This document shows, piece after piece, positions 38,320 through 49,523 of a stretch of 64,000 bases of DNA. Every line of letters begins with the position of its first letter. Positions within the stretch are counted from its first letter, which is position 1. Origin of the DNA: Ferruginibacter sp. (GTDB lineage: Bacteria > Bacteroidota > Bacteroidia > Chitinophagales > Chitinophagaceae); NCBI GenBank assembly GCA_043756235.1, contig JAYURK010000172.1:6310-70309 (forward strand), written 5' to 3'. The position numbers were made by a program, and so were the translations under genes. The notes beneath the pieces are model-generated. The model was not told the DNA's origin. It saw only the letters and a program-made list of their open reading frames with translations, and searched no databases.

Positions 38320-40875
38320 ATGCGAAAAACATTACTATTATTTTTGCTATTCAACAACCTTAATTCATCCGCACAAAAAATTTATGGCACTGTATTTAAC
38401 GATAAAGGCGACCTTTTACCTTATGCATCTGTAACCATAAAAGGTACTTCAATAGGTGCAAGCGCCAACAATAAAGCAAAATTTTCTTTTACCCTTATGC
38501 CGGGCAGTTATACAGTGGTTTGCCAGCATATAGGTTTTGTACGCCAGGAAAAAACTGTTGTAATTGATAAAGCAGATGAAGAGCTGACTTTTATTTTATC
38601 CGATTTAAAATTGAATATGAAAGAAGTAGTGGTAAAAAAAGGCGGCGAAGATCCGGCTTATGCCATTATGCGGCAGGCCATTAAAAAAAGAGAATTTTAT
38701 AATAAACAGGTTAATGCTTTTGAATGCGACCTGTACGCAAAAGATATTATGAAACTGCGGATGCTGCCCAAAAAAATAATGGGTCAAAAAATTCCGGAAG
38801 AGGACCGCAAAAGTATTGGACTGGATTCTACAGGTAAAGGCATAATTTATTTATCGGAGTCAGTTGCAAAAATACATACGCAATTGCCCGATAAATTTAA
38901 AATGGAAGTGTTGAGCAGCAGGGTAAGCGGCAGCAGCGGATTTGGGTTTACCTTTCCAACATTTATAAGTTTGTACAACAGCAATGTAAAAATTTTTACT
39001 GAACGTTTTAATCCCCGTGGCTTTATTTCGCCGCTTGCCGATGGCGCTATTGGCTTTTATAAATTTAAATTCTTAGGCAGTTTTTTTGAAGATGGGGTAG
39101 AAGTGAACAGCATAAGCATTACACCACGCCGCAGTTACGAGCCGCTTTTTAGCGGGGTTATTTATATCACCGAAGGAGACTGGCGCATTCATAGTTTTGA
39201 TTTAACGCTTACTAAAACTTCGCAATTAGAAATTATAGATACGCTGCAAATAACACAAATTCATGTTCCGGTTAATAAAGAAGCATGGCGTGTAAAAAAT
39301 CAATTGCTGCATTTTAATTTTAAACAGTTTGGAATTGATGCTATTGGCAATTTTGTAAGTGTGTATTCTAACTACAACATCAATACCAATTTCGGTAAAA
39401 ATTATTTTGATAACATCATCATCAAATATGATACGGCGGTTAATAAAAAATCGAAAGCTTACTGGGATACCATACGGCCAGTACCGCTTGAACCTGAAGA
39501 GAAAAAAGATTACCAGGTAAAAGACAGTATCTTTCAATTGCAAAAAGATTCTTTACTCAGCCAGCGCTCCGTTGATTCTTTAAATAAAAAACAGGGCAAA
39601 ATAAAACCCTTTGCTATTTTCTGGAACGGCATCGATCGCAGGCATTACACCAAAACAAATATCATCAGCTGGGGTATTGCGCCATTAATAAAAAAATTAG
39701 AATACAATACTGCAGAAGGGGTGGTTGCCACCGCTAGTGTTTATTATAACCGCTATCTTAAAAAATTAAAATCTAATTTTTCTATTGAGCCGCACGTAAG
39801 GTATGGCTTTAACAACACTCACTTAAATGCCTGGGCCGATATAAATTTCAGCACCAGGGATTTAAGCACTGATAAAAAAATAAAACGGCAACGCTGGTCA
39901 ATTTCGGGTGGTAAAAGGGTTAGCCAGTTTAATAAAGAAAGTACCATTACACCTTTGAACAATACGATCAATACTTTACTATGGGGCGATAATTTTATGA
40001 AGACCTACGAAAATTATTTTGGCAGTATTGGTTTTTCAAAACAATACGAAAGTGGTTTAAGGCTGGGTATAAATACTTTGTACGAAGACAGGATTCCGCT
40101 GGAGAATACCAGCAATTTTACTTTTATAAAAAAAGATTCGGTAAATATTACTCCTAACTATCCTTATGAAAAAATTACACAGCAGTTTACACCGCACCAG
40201 GCAGTAATAATAAGTTTTGATATCAGCATAAAACCCGGGCAGCGTTATATTCAATTTCCTAACAACAAAATGCCCGTAGGCTCAAAATATCCCACTTTTA
40301 GTTTTAATTATACCAAAGGCATTGAAACCATTTTTGGCAGCGATGCAAATTTTGATAAATGGAAATTTGCCATCAGCGACGATAAAAATTTAAAACTTGC
40401 AGGTACGCTAAAGTATAAATTAGGTATTGGTGGTTTTTTAAACAGTAAAAAAGTTTTTATACAGGATTTTCAGCATTTTAATGGTAACCGTTCTACCGCT
40501 GCAAGCGAATATGTAAATAGTTTTCAACTGGCTAAATATTATGCTAACAGCACTACGGCAAAATTTTATTCCATTGGTCATGTAGAACATCATTTTAACG
40601 GATTGCTTACCAATAAAATTCCTTTGTTTAAAAGGCTAAACTGGAATTTGGTAGCCGGCAGCAATGCTTTTTATGTAAATCAAAATAATAATTATGCGGA
40701 GGCATTTATTGGCTTGGAAAATATTTTTAAAATTTTACGTGTAGATTTTGTAGGTGCTTATGCCAATGGAAACAAAAGTTTAACCGGCATCAGAATTGGA
40801 TTGGGTGGCGTTATTGGCGGCGGCATTAAAACCAACGGTAGCGGCCCAAACAGAAGCCTTTCTATAAGTTTATAA
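38320..40875 (+). CDS. DUF5686 protein with N-terminal carboxypeptidase-regulatory-like domain
   Basis: G.V....G..LPYASV.IKG N-terminus; [39 protein letters not shown]. Confidence 0.85.
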   Translation: MRKTLLLFLLFNNLNSSAQKIYGTVFNDKGDLLPYASVTIKGTSIGASANNKAKFSFTLMPGSYTVVCQHIGFVRQEKTVVIDKADEELTFILSDLKLNMKEVVVKKGGEDPAYAIMRQAIKKREFYNKQVNAFECDLYAKDIMKLRMLPKKIMGQKIPEEDRKSIGLDSTGKGIIYLSESVAKIHTQLPDKFKMEVLSSRVSGSSGFGFTFPTFISLYNSNVKIFTERFNPRGFISPLADGAIGFYKFKFLGSFFEDGVEVNSISITPRRSYEPLFSGVIYITEGDWRIHSFDLTLTKTSQLEIIDTLQITQIHVPVNKEAWRVKNQLLHFNFKQFGIDAIGNFVSVYSNYNINTNFGKNYFDNIIIKYDTAVNKKSKAYWDTIRPVPLEPEEKKDYQVKDSIFQLQKDSLLSQRSVDSLNKKQGKIKPFAIFWNGIDRRHYTKTNIISWGIAPLIKKLEYNTAEGVVATASVYYNRYLKKLKSNFSIEPHVRYGFNNTHLNAWADINFSTRDLSTDKKIKRQRWSISGGKRVSQFNKESTITPLNNTINTLLWGDNFMKTYENYFGSIGFSKQYESGLRLGINTLYEDRIPLENTSNFTFIKKDSVNITPNYPYEKITQQFTPHQAVIISFDISIKPGQRYIQFPNNKMPVGSKYPTFSFNYTKGIETIFGSDANFDKWKFAISDDKNLKLAGTLKYKLGIGGFLNSKKVFIQDFQHFNGNRSTAASEYVNSFQLAKYYANSTTAKFYSIGHVEHHFNGLLTNKIPLFKRLNWNLVAGSNAFYVNQNNNYAEAFIGLENIFKILRVDFVGAYANGNKSLTGIRIGLGGVIGGGIKTNGSGPNRSLSISL

Positions 40876-40879
40876 TATT

Positions 40880-40887
40880 TATCTTTG
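40880..40887 (+). promoter_or_regulatory. Bacteroidota -7 promoter element for trhO
   Basis: TATCTTTG about 105 nt before the ATG at 40994. Confidence 0.55.
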
Positions 40888-40928
40888 CGTTTTAAAAATT
40901 TGGTTTGCCTGCAAGCATCCAATTTTTG

Positions 40929-40959
40929 CACATGGTCAGACGGGACGTCAGACCATGTG
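40929..40959. repeat. REP-like imperfect palindrome in the trhO leader
   Basis: CACATGGTC-A-GACG-GGA-CGTC-A-GACCATGTG. Confidence 0.7.
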
Positions 40960-40993
40960 TGAAAATTTCCGTCACCGGATCAAATTAAAAACT

Positions 40994-42040
40994 ATGGCAG
41001 TACTACACAACCGCATTTCGCAGGCCGAATTAAAAAAATTGTTGCATCAGGAAACGGAGCAACGCACCACCATTTCTTTTTATCAGTATTTTTTAATAGA
41101 AGATCCCAAACAGTTTCGAGACGACCTGTACAAAGGCTTGAATGCATTAAAAGTTTTTGGCCGTATTTATATTGCACACGAAGGCATTAATGCACAAATA
41201 AGTGTGCCGGAAAATAATTATGAGGCACTGCAACATTATTTGAATGCGATAGCACCGCTTAAAGGAGTTAGATTAAATATTGCAGTAGATGATGATGGCA
41301 AAAGTTTTTGGGTTTTAAAAATTAAAGTACGGGAAAAAATTGTGGCCGACGGTATTACCGACCCAAACTTTAGCATGGCAAAAAAAGGCAATTATGTAAA
41401 TGCCCGGCAAATGAATGAATTGCTGAAACATGAAAATACTGTAGTAATTGATATGCGTAATCATTATGAATATGAAGTGGGCCATTTTGAGAAAGCTATT
41501 GAAATACCAAGTGATACTTTTAGAGAGCAACTGCCAATGGCCGTGCAAATGATGCAGGATAAAAAAGATCAAAATATTATAATGTACTGCACCGGTGGCA
41601 TACGCTGCGAAAAAGCAAGTGCTTATATGCTGCACAATGGGTTTAAAAATGTTTTTCATTTGCAGGGTGGCATTATAAATTATGTAAAAGAAACTAAAGA
41701 AAATAATTTACCCGGCAAATTCATTGGTAAAAATTTTGTTTTCGACAACAGGCTGGGAGAGCGGATTACCGAAGATGTAATTGCAAAATGCCACCAGTGT
41801 GGCCAGCCGGCCGATACCCATACCAACTGCTGCAATGATGGCTGCCATTTATTATTTATACAATGCAGTGCATGCGCCAAAAAGTTTGATGGTTGCTGCA
41901 GTACCAATTGCCAAACTGTTTATAATTTACCAGCAGATGAACAAAAAGAATTACGCAAAGGCATTGATAAGGGTATGATGGTGTTTAATAAAAGTAAAAA
42001 ACGATTAAGGCCCAGGCTTGATGACATGAATAGAAAATAA
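40994..42040 (+). CDS. trhO: Oxygen-dependent tRNA uridine(34) hydroxylase (YceA, rhodanese domain)
   Basis: [51 protein letters not shown] and a Cys-rich tail. Confidence 0.93.
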   Translation: MAVLHNRISQAELKKLLHQETEQRTTISFYQYFLIEDPKQFRDDLYKGLNALKVFGRIYIAHEGINAQISVPENNYEALQHYLNAIAPLKGVRLNIAVDDDGKSFWVLKIKVREKIVADGITDPNFSMAKKGNYVNARQMNELLKHENTVVIDMRNHYEYEVGHFEKAIEIPSDTFREQLPMAVQMMQDKKDQNIIMYCTGGIRCEKASAYMLHNGFKNVFHLQGGIINYVKETKENNLPGKFIGKNFVFDNRLGERITEDVIAKCHQCGQPADTHTNCCNDGCHLLFIQCSACAKKFDGCCSTNCQTVYNLPADEQKELRKGIDKGMMVFNKSKKRLRPRLDDMNRK

Positions 42041-42043
42041 AAT

Positions 42044-43030
42044 TTACTGCATGATAAGTTCTCGGGCTTTTTGTAATAATTCTTTTTTTTGCTGCAGGTT
42101 TATGTGCAGTGGCAATTGTGCAAGGCCCATCAACCGGCGCATTATTTCTATGCCGGTAAATTGATGTAATAATCTTTCATCAAAGTTTTCGTTTTTTGTA
42201 TAAAGTGCATCAATAGTTTTTATTAAGCTTTTGTTTTGCTGCGATAAATAACAATGCGCCAGCAATACACCAAGGTCAAACTCGGCGGGGCCAAAAAAGC
42301 AAAACTCCGGATCAATTATTTTAATACCTTCTTTAGTGTGTAACCAGCTGCCGGGGTAATAGTCGCCATGCAAAAGATGTTTACCCTCTGCCAGATAAAT
42401 TTCACCCGCCGCAGCAATTTTTTCTTTTAATTTTTTGACTGATTTGTATTCCATGGCTGCAAGTTGTAAGCCATCAGTTATGTTATTCAGGCTGAACCCA
42501 TTTTCTTGCATAAAAGGAAAAATAAAAATGTGGTGATGGTTTAATGCCTTCATGGCACTGTTCAGCAGCAGCGGGTCTTTATTTTTTTCTGTTTGGGTAT
42601 GTAATTGAATTAAAAATTGAATAAGTGTAGCGGCGTCTTCGCCCGATAATTTTTTTTCGGGCTGGTATAAAAATGTGTAATCTGCAGCACTACCTAAATC
42701 CTGCATGGCCAGTACATTATTTGTGGTATCCACACCCAATAAAAAAGGGGTATGCATTTTTAAAAAATTATTGCTTTGGGTAATCCGGTAAAAAGCGGCT
42801 TCGGATAATACCCTTTTTTCAGGTGCGGCAACCGAAGGATATTTTTCGGCATAAGGCCGAGATTGTTTAATGATAAAACTGCTGCTGCCCGTATCAATAC
42901 GCAAAACGTAATTCATGTTTCCTTCGCCGGGCCTGGTGGCAGCGACAACTTTTTCATTTGCAGTAATCCATTTTTGTTGCCGCAGATAAAGGGTAAGTGC
43001 CGGACGGTTGGCAGCATCTAAAAAAATCAT
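42044..43030 (-). CDS. Phosphotransferase, methylthioribose kinase-like
   Basis: GEGNMNYVLR, IIKQSRPY, LLHGDYYPGS, IIDPEFCFFG..EFDLG, GIEIMRRL.GLAQ. Confidence 0.8.
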   Translation of the reverse strand: MIFLDAANRPALTLYLRQQKWITANEKVVAATRPGEGNMNYVLRIDTGSSSFIIKQSRPYAEKYPSVAAPEKRVLSEAAFYRITQSNNFLKMHTPFLLGVDTTNNVLAMQDLGSAADYTFLYQPEKKLSGEDAATLIQFLIQLHTQTEKNKDPLLLNSAMKALNHHHIFIFPFMQENGFSLNNITDGLQLAAMEYKSVKKLKEKIAAAGEIYLAEGKHLLHGDYYPGSWLHTKEGIKIIDPEFCFFGPAEFDLGVLLAHCYLSQQNKSLIKTIDALYTKNENFDERLLHQFTGIEIMRRLMGLAQLPLHINLQQKKELLQKARELIMQ

Positions 43031-43240
43031 TTTTTGCCATAAAATTACTGATTTAAGAGGGTACAGTTACAAAGAGATGTGGATTATTAAAATAAGACTG
43101 TGGCAAAAACTGTTAAAGCACCGGCCGTATTATACCACATTTTAGTGCTTGCAAACAAAAAATAAAATTATTATTTTTAGATGCTGCAAATCTAATCTCC
43201 TCGGTTTCATCTTAATTTAATAACTTTTAAAAATTTAGTT

Positions 43241-44485
43241 ATGAAAACCTGTTTTGTAATTTCTCCTATTGGCCAGGAAGGATCGGACATCCGCAAAAAT
43301 GCAGATTATTTATTTGAGTTGATTATTGAACCCTCCCTGGAAATTTATAAAGATTATAAAGTAATAAGAGGAGATATGGGTACTACCGTTACTTCAATTA
43401 CTGATGAAGTAATAAAGCTTATTCAAAATGCTGAGTTGTGCATCATCGACTTAAGCGGGCACAACCCCAATGTATTTTACGAATGTGGCCGCAGGCACGA
43501 AACAGGTAAACCCTTTATTTTGATTAAAAGAAAAGGGGAAGACATTCCTTTTGATCTTAAAGATATCAGAACAGTTGATTACGATTTATCCGATCCGCAT
43601 AAAACACGGGCATCCATTAACAGCCTGCGAAAATTTGTAAATGAATTTGAAGAAATTGGATACGGATCGGGCACATCGGTTGCATCGCTAAGCAGCATCG
43701 CCAATACCTTAAATCGTTTAGAAAGAAAATTAGACACCATGGGTACTTCTTCAAACGGCGCTGGTCAATCAATAGAAGGTAATGGTATTTCCGGCAGCCC
43801 GGCTGTGGTTTTTTACAGTTCTTTAAAAGTAAATGATACTGCTACCGCTGTAAAAGCTTTAAAAAGATTTATGCAAATAAGTGCGGATATAAACCTGCAG
43901 CTTGATATGGCCTCCATGCTTGTAGAAGCTTACGAACCTGCCGGTGTACCCACCGTTAGAAATATTTTGGATAAAGATTTTGACAATCTGGAACCTTCCA
44001 AACTTGCCATAGCACTTCACGGGTTGTATACTTATTATGTGGGAGCATTTGTAATAAATGATGAGTATAAATATCTAAAAGAAACCACTAAAAAAGCGCT
44101 GCAGAAATCTGGTTTGGAAGATAAAGACCTGGCAGGTTTTTACAACCTGCTGGCCAGCATTGAATACAGCATGAAAAACGATTTAGAATCTTTAAAATAC
44201 CAGGAAAAAACAATTGAACTGGTACCAGGTGAGCCTGCTTATAATTATAATATTGCAAAAATATACCAGGCACTTAATAAAAATGAAGAGCTGCTTGATA
44301 CGTTGGAAAACATCATTATCATTTATAAAAATAAAGATCCTAAAAAAGATAAAATAAACGTAGAATATTTGAATTATGCCAGGGACATCTTTGTTAAAAA
44401 CAAATTAACGGATAAGGTAATTGAAATTGATGAGTTGGTATCTAATGCAAAAAAATATCCGGAGAGTTTAACTTTTGGGGTTTGA
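43241..44485 (+). CDS. Nucleoside 2-deoxyribosyltransferase-like domain fused to a helical/TPR region
   Basis: CFVISPIG, IRGD, IIDLSGHNPNVFYECG.RH..GKP.ILI, PFD...IRT..Y; C-terminal TPR (YQEKTIELVPGEPAYNYNIAKIYQAL). Confidence 0.75.
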   Translation: MKTCFVISPIGQEGSDIRKNADYLFELIIEPSLEIYKDYKVIRGDMGTTVTSITDEVIKLIQNAELCIIDLSGHNPNVFYECGRRHETGKPFILIKRKGEDIPFDLKDIRTVDYDLSDPHKTRASINSLRKFVNEFEEIGYGSGTSVASLSSIANTLNRLERKLDTMGTSSNGAGQSIEGNGISGSPAVVFYSSLKVNDTATAVKALKRFMQISADINLQLDMASMLVEAYEPAGVPTVRNILDKDFDNLEPSKLAIALHGLYTYYVGAFVINDEYKYLKETTKKALQKSGLEDKDLAGFYNLLASIEYSMKNDLESLKYQEKTIELVPGEPAYNYNIAKIYQALNKNEELLDTLENIIIIYKNKDPKKDKINVEYLNYARDIFVKNKLTDKVIEIDELVSNAKKYPESLTFGV

Positions 44486-44505
44486 TTAACGGTGCTTTTA
44501 TTATA

Positions 44506-45624
44506 TCACTTCACCCACTTTAAACAAACAGGGTTACCCACCAAAATTTTTTTGCCGGTATCTGTTAACCTGCCCGACTTTTTGTTCACTTTAAAAATTA
44601 TGATATCATCGGTATTTTGATTGGCTACCAATAAAAAATTTCCGCTGGGGTCAAAATTAAAATTACGCGGCGTTTTACCTAACGTAGACTGATGGCCGCT
44701 TAATGTTAATTTTCCATCTGCAGGGTTAATGGTAAAAATACTGATGCTGTTGGCATCGCCGCGGTTGCTGCAGTATAAAAATTTACCATCGGGTGATATA
44801 TGTATATCGGCACTGCCCACAGCTCCTTTAAAATTTTTAGGCAGGGCACTGATGCGTTGCTGCATTTTAAGGTTGCCATTACTGGCTTTATAACAAACTA
44901 CGGTGCCCGTCATTTCTTCCATCAGGTAAGCAAATTTATTATTGGGTGCAAATTCAAAATGCCTTGGCCCGTTACCCGGTAATGATGCTGCAGCAGATTT
45001 AAATTTTAACCTGCCTTTAATTTTATCAAATGAATAAATCATTATTTTATCAATACCCAAATCGGGCACATACAAATATTTATTATCTGCCGAAAGTACC
45101 GTGGCGTGTACATGCGGCCCCTGCTGCCTTTGTGTATTGGGGCCATTGCCGCTGTGTTGTACAATTTGTTGCAGTGTATCTAAATCTCCATTAGGTTTAG
45201 CATGTAATACACCCACTGTGCCACTGCTGTAATTGCCTGCAAAAATCCAGCGGCCGGTTTTATCAACAGTAACATAACAGGGATGCTTGCCCCCGGATGG
45301 TTGTTTATTTAATTCGGTTAACGTGCCATTATTTTTATTAAAAGCAAATGCCGCAATATATCCACCAACTGTAAACCTTGTACTGTCCGCCACTTCATTT
45401 ACTGCGTAAACTGTTTTTTTATTTGGCGATACGGCCAGGTATGATGGGTTGGCCGTTTTTGCAACACTAACAAAACTATTATCGCCGGTGCTGCTGTTAA
45501 ATTTGTATACATAAATGCCTTCGCCTTTGCCGCCGGTATAAGTGCCAATTAATAAATAAATTTCTTTTTGTGCAGCAGCATATAAACTGCAACTCATAAA
45601 AAGCAGGAGCAATATCTTTTTCAT
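44506..45624 (-). CDS. pgl: Exported 6-phosphogluconolactonase-family beta-propeller
   Basis: Signal peptide; LIGTYT, NPSYL, GPHVH, DLGID, GPRH, SNRG, TPRNF. Confidence 0.85.
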   Translation of the reverse strand: MKKILLLLFMSCSLYAAAQKEIYLLIGTYTGGKGEGIYVYKFNSSTGDNSFVSVAKTANPSYLAVSPNKKTVYAVNEVADSTRFTVGGYIAAFAFNKNNGTLTELNKQPSGGKHPCYVTVDKTGRWIFAGNYSSGTVGVLHAKPNGDLDTLQQIVQHSGNGPNTQRQQGPHVHATVLSADNKYLYVPDLGIDKIMIYSFDKIKGRLKFKSAAASLPGNGPRHFEFAPNNKFAYLMEEMTGTVVCYKASNGNLKMQQRISALPKNFKGAVGSADIHISPDGKFLYCSNRGDANSISIFTINPADGKLTLSGHQSTLGKTPRNFNFDPSGNFLLVANQNTDDIIIFKVNKKSGRLTDTGKKILVGNPVCLKWVK

Positions 45625-45657
45625 AAAAATCAATGATGAGCAATGAATAAATTATAA

Positions 45658-46581
45658 TTACAAATTTTCTAATTCTTTTATTATTACCTGTTCTGTTTCG
45701 GTTTCAGTTAACTGCACCGGTATAAATTTTTCACCAATAATTTTTTCGTACAGTTCAATATATCTTTTGCTGATTACTTCAATCCAGTCATCGCTCATGT
45801 CAGGTACGGTTTGCCCTTCTTTACCCATAAAATTATTTTCTATCAGCCATTCTCTTACAAATTCTTTACTTAATTGTTTTTGCCTTTCGCCTTTTTGTTG
45901 TCTTTCTTCAAAACCATCTGCATAAAAATAACGGGAGCTGTCCGGCGTATGTATTTCATCCATCAAAATTATTTCATCACCTATCTTCCCAAATTCATAT
46001 TTAGTATCTACTAAAATTAAACCTTGTTTAGCTGCAATTTGTTTTCCTCTTTCAAATAATTGTAAAGCGTAATTGCATAAAGTTTCCCATTCTGGAGCAG
46101 TAACTAATTTTTGGTTAATAATTTCTTCGGCACTGATATCTTCATCATGGCCATGGGCTGCTTTGGTGCTTGGTGTAATAATGGGTGTTGAAAAAGAATC
46201 ATTTTCTTTCATGCCATCCGCAATAGTAACACCACACAATATTTTTTTTCCGGATGAATAAGTTCTCCAGGCATGGCCGGTTAAATTGCCACGTACTACC
46301 ATTTCAATTTTAAAAGGGTCGCACTTTTTTCCAATGCTAACATTGGGTGCCGGTGTTGATACTAACCAATTAGGGCAAATATCTTTTGTGGCCTGCAGCA
46401 TGTAAGCAGCAATTTGCGTTAAAACCTGTCCTTTAAAAGGAATAGGCCTGGGCAGTATTACATCAAATGCCGAGATGCGGTTACTGGCAACCATAACTAA
46501 AATGTTTTGGCCAATGGTGTAAACGTCCCTTACTTTTCCTTTATAAAATGAGGTTTGTTGTGGTAGTTTATAAACTGTCAT
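45658..46581 (-). CDS. purC: SAICAR synthase
   Basis: [44 protein letters not shown]. Confidence 0.96.
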   Translation of the reverse strand: MTVYKLPQQTSFYKGKVRDVYTIGQNILVMVASNRISAFDVILPRPIPFKGQVLTQIAAYMLQATKDICPNWLVSTPAPNVSIGKKCDPFKIEMVVRGNLTGHAWRTYSSGKKILCGVTIADGMKENDSFSTPIITPSTKAAHGHDEDISAEEIINQKLVTAPEWETLCNYALQLFERGKQIAAKQGLILVDTKYEFGKIGDEIILMDEIHTPDSSRYFYADGFEERQQKGERQKQLSKEFVREWLIENNFMGKEGQTVPDMSDDWIEVISKRYIELYEKIIGEKFIPVQLTETETEQVIIKELENL

Positions 46582-46720
46582 ACTGCTAAAGTAACATCAA
46601 GTAATATAAATGCCTAAATTTGTTGCTCTTTAATATATTAACAGGCAGTTAGAAAGAAAATTTTAATAGAAAAATAACAATGCTTATTTTGCCTGATATT
46701 TAAAACCCAAATAACGCTAT

Positions 46721-49483
46721 ATGAGAAAAATTGTAAGCTATGTAGTTACTTTGATGCTGGCTAATGTTATTGCGATTGCCGCTTTTGCACAAAATGTAAC
46801 TATCAGCGGTAATGTACGCAACAGTAACACTAAAGAAGGGGCAGGTGCTGTGTCTGTTACAGTTAAAGATGGTACTGCCGGAACCTTTACCGACGACAAA
46901 GGAAATTTTAAATTATCCGTTAAAAGTTTACCGGTTACTATTCTAATTTCATCTGTAGGATACGAATTACAGGAGGTAACTTTTACCAGCGCTACTTTTA
47001 TGCAGGTAGAATTTAAGCCTTCTTCGGCCTTAGGCCAGGAGGTGGTAGTATCGGCAACAAGGGTGCCGCAAAAAATTATGGAGTCGCCGGTATCAATCGA
47101 AAGAGTGAGTGCGGCCAACATCCGTAATGCGCCGGCCGCAAGTTTTTATGATGTAATTATTGGATTAAAAGGTGTAGATGTTACCACTTCTTCATTAACC
47201 TTTAAAACACCAACCACACGTGGTTTCAACAGCAGCGGTAATACCAGGTTTAACCAGTTGGTTGATGGTATGGATAACCAGGCACCGGGCCTAAATTTTT
47301 CTGTGGGTGCTATTATTGGTTTAAGCGAACTGGATGTAGATAATATCGAATTACTGGCAGGTGCCTCTTCTGCTTTATACGGCCCCGGCGGTATGAACGG
47401 TACTTTATTAATGACCAGCAAAAATCCTTTTAAATATCAGGGCTTATCTTTTTTAGTTAAAACCGGTATAATGCATACCGATGGCAGGCAACGTTCTCCA
47501 TCTCCCTATCATAACTGGAATGTAAGATGGGCCAATAAAGTTTCTGAAAAATTTGCTTTTAAAATAAATGCTGAATTAATTCAGGCCAAAGATTGGTTAG
47601 GTACCGATAACAGGAATTACAGCAGAACCGCTACAACCGGTTTTGTGATTCCCGGCGATAGAAAAACTGACCCTAACTATGATGGTGTAAATGTGTATGG
47701 CGATGAAACCACTGTTGACATCCGTGCATTTTTTGGCAGTATAGCAGCTGGTTTACCAGGCGCCGCCAATTTTATAAATGCAAATGGTTTACTCTCTACC
47801 CCACAAAATGTTTCCCGTACCGGTTATACCGAAAAAGAATTGGTTAACCCCAACACGGTAAACTTTAAACTTGCCGGATCAATGCATTATAAATTATCGG
47901 AAAATACCGAAGCCGTTTTAGCCGGATACTGGGGAACCGGTAATACCATTTACACCGGTAGCGACAGGTATTCGCTGAAAGATTTTAAAATGGGACAATA
48001 TAAATTTGAACTGAATAATAAAAACTGGTCGGTAAGGGCTTATACAACACAGGAAAATGCAGGAGAATCTTATAATACAACTGCTACTACAAGATTGTTT
48101 AATGAATCGTGGAAAAAATCGGTAACAACAGATGCTGCCGGCAACCCCACACCATTACCAACCGACTGGTATATACAGTATGCGTTTTCTTATTTAAGCA
48201 ACCGTATGAACGGGATGACAGAATACGATGCTCACCAGGCATCACGTGCACTTGCAGATGTGGGCAGGCCAGCAGCGGGTACTCCGGCATTTTTAGGCTC
48301 GTACGATGCAATACGTAAAAAACCTATCTCTCAAAATGGCGGTCTACTTTTAGATAAATCAGATTTGTACAGTGTAGAGGGAAATTATAACTTAACTTCT
48401 GTTACTAAATCTTTTGCCGATATTTTGGTAGGTGTAAATTATAAAAGATTTATCCTTAATTCTCAGGGTACATTATTTGCAGATTCTACAGGTACCATTG
48501 GTATTTCAGAGTATGGCGGTTACATACAGGCAACAAGGGCCATTACCAACTTTTTTAAATTAACGGCTTCGGGCAGGTACGACAAAAATCAAAATTTTAA
48601 TGGCCGCTTTACCCCAAGGGTAACAGCATTGGTAAAAGTTGCAGAAAATAATAATGTGCGTTTGTCTTATCAAACCGCTTATCGTTTTCCCAGCAACCAA
48701 TCACAATGGATAAATTTACAGGTGGGTGCAACAAGGTTAGTGGGCAGCAATCCGGCTTTTGCAGGTTATTTAAATTATGCAGGTAATCCTTTATACACCA
48801 CAACAAGTGTAAATGCCGGCAGTCCGCAACAGTTTACTCCTAATGATGCTAAGCCAGAATCAGTTACTTCATTTGAAGCTGGCTATAAAGGCTTGTTGAT
48901 GCAAAATAAATTGTTGATTGATATGTATGGTTATCTTGGACAGTACCAGGATTTCCTGGGCAGGTTAAACACCTTACAAACCACTACAGGAATTGCTGCA
49001 GATATTACCAATCCATCTAAAAGAAGGAATATTTCTGTTCCGGTAAACACTGCCGATAAAGTAAAAACCTATGGTTTTGGATTAGGCATTGATTACAGGT
49101 TGCCATTAAATTTTACATTGGGTGCTAATGTAGCCTCGGATGTATTAAGAAATGTACCTAGTGACTTTGTGGCTTATTTTAATGCACCAAAATATAAAAC
49201 CAATGTAACTTTTGGAAATGTTGGTTTTGGTAAGGAAAAGCGCATGGCCTTTAACATGGCTTACAGGTGGCAGCAGGGTTTTTATTACCAGGGCGATTTT
49301 GCCAATGGCCAATTACCTGATGTGCATACCCTGGACGGACAGGTGAGTTTTAAACTTCCTAAAACAAAATCAATTGTAAAATTTGGAGCTAATAATTTAT
49401 TAAACCAATATTATTACAACGCTATTGGTAACTCTCAAATTGGGGGGTTATACTATGTAAGCTTTGGATATAATGTGTATTAA
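46721..49483 (+). CDS. TonB-dependent receptor (non-SusC type)
   Basis: Signal peptide, CarboxypepD-like N-domain, EVVVSATR, plug LVDGMD...GASSALYG, barrel with terminal aromatic residue. Confidence 0.92.
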   Translation: MRKIVSYVVTLMLANVIAIAAFAQNVTISGNVRNSNTKEGAGAVSVTVKDGTAGTFTDDKGNFKLSVKSLPVTILISSVGYELQEVTFTSATFMQVEFKPSSALGQEVVVSATRVPQKIMESPVSIERVSAANIRNAPAASFYDVIIGLKGVDVTTSSLTFKTPTTRGFNSSGNTRFNQLVDGMDNQAPGLNFSVGAIIGLSELDVDNIELLAGASSALYGPGGMNGTLLMTSKNPFKYQGLSFLVKTGIMHTDGRQRSPSPYHNWNVRWANKVSEKFAFKINAELIQAKDWLGTDNRNYSRTATTGFVIPGDRKTDPNYDGVNVYGDETTVDIRAFFGSIAAGLPGAANFINANGLLSTPQNVSRTGYTEKELVNPNTVNFKLAGSMHYKLSENTEAVLAGYWGTGNTIYTGSDRYSLKDFKMGQYKFELNNKNWSVRAYTTQENAGESYNTTATTRLFNESWKKSVTTDAAGNPTPLPTDWYIQYAFSYLSNRMNGMTEYDAHQASRALADVGRPAAGTPAFLGSYDAIRKKPISQNGGLLLDKSDLYSVEGNYNLTSVTKSFADILVGVNYKRFILNSQGTLFADSTGTIGISEYGGYIQATRAITNFFKLTASGRYDKNQNFNGRFTPRVTALVKVAENNNVRLSYQTAYRFPSNQSQWINLQVGATRLVGSNPAFAGYLNYAGNPLYTTTSVNAGSPQQFTPNDAKPESVTSFEAGYKGLLMQNKLLIDMYGYLGQYQDFLGRLNTLQTTTGIAADITNPSKRRNISVPVNTADKVKTYGFGLGIDYRLPLNFTLGANVASDVLRNVPSDFVAYFNAPKYKTNVTFGNVGFGKEKRMAFNMAYRWQQGFYYQGDFANGQLPDVHTLDGQVSFKLPKTKSIVKFGANNLLNQYYYNAIGNSQIGGLYYVSFGYNVY

Positions 49484-49523
49484 TAACCGGTAACCCAAAT
49501 TTTAAAATTAAAAATTTACTATA

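Noticed and set aside
46582-46720. Cobalamin or TPP riboswitch before the TonB receptor
   Set aside because: Short, very AT-rich spacer lacking the conserved aptamer motifs
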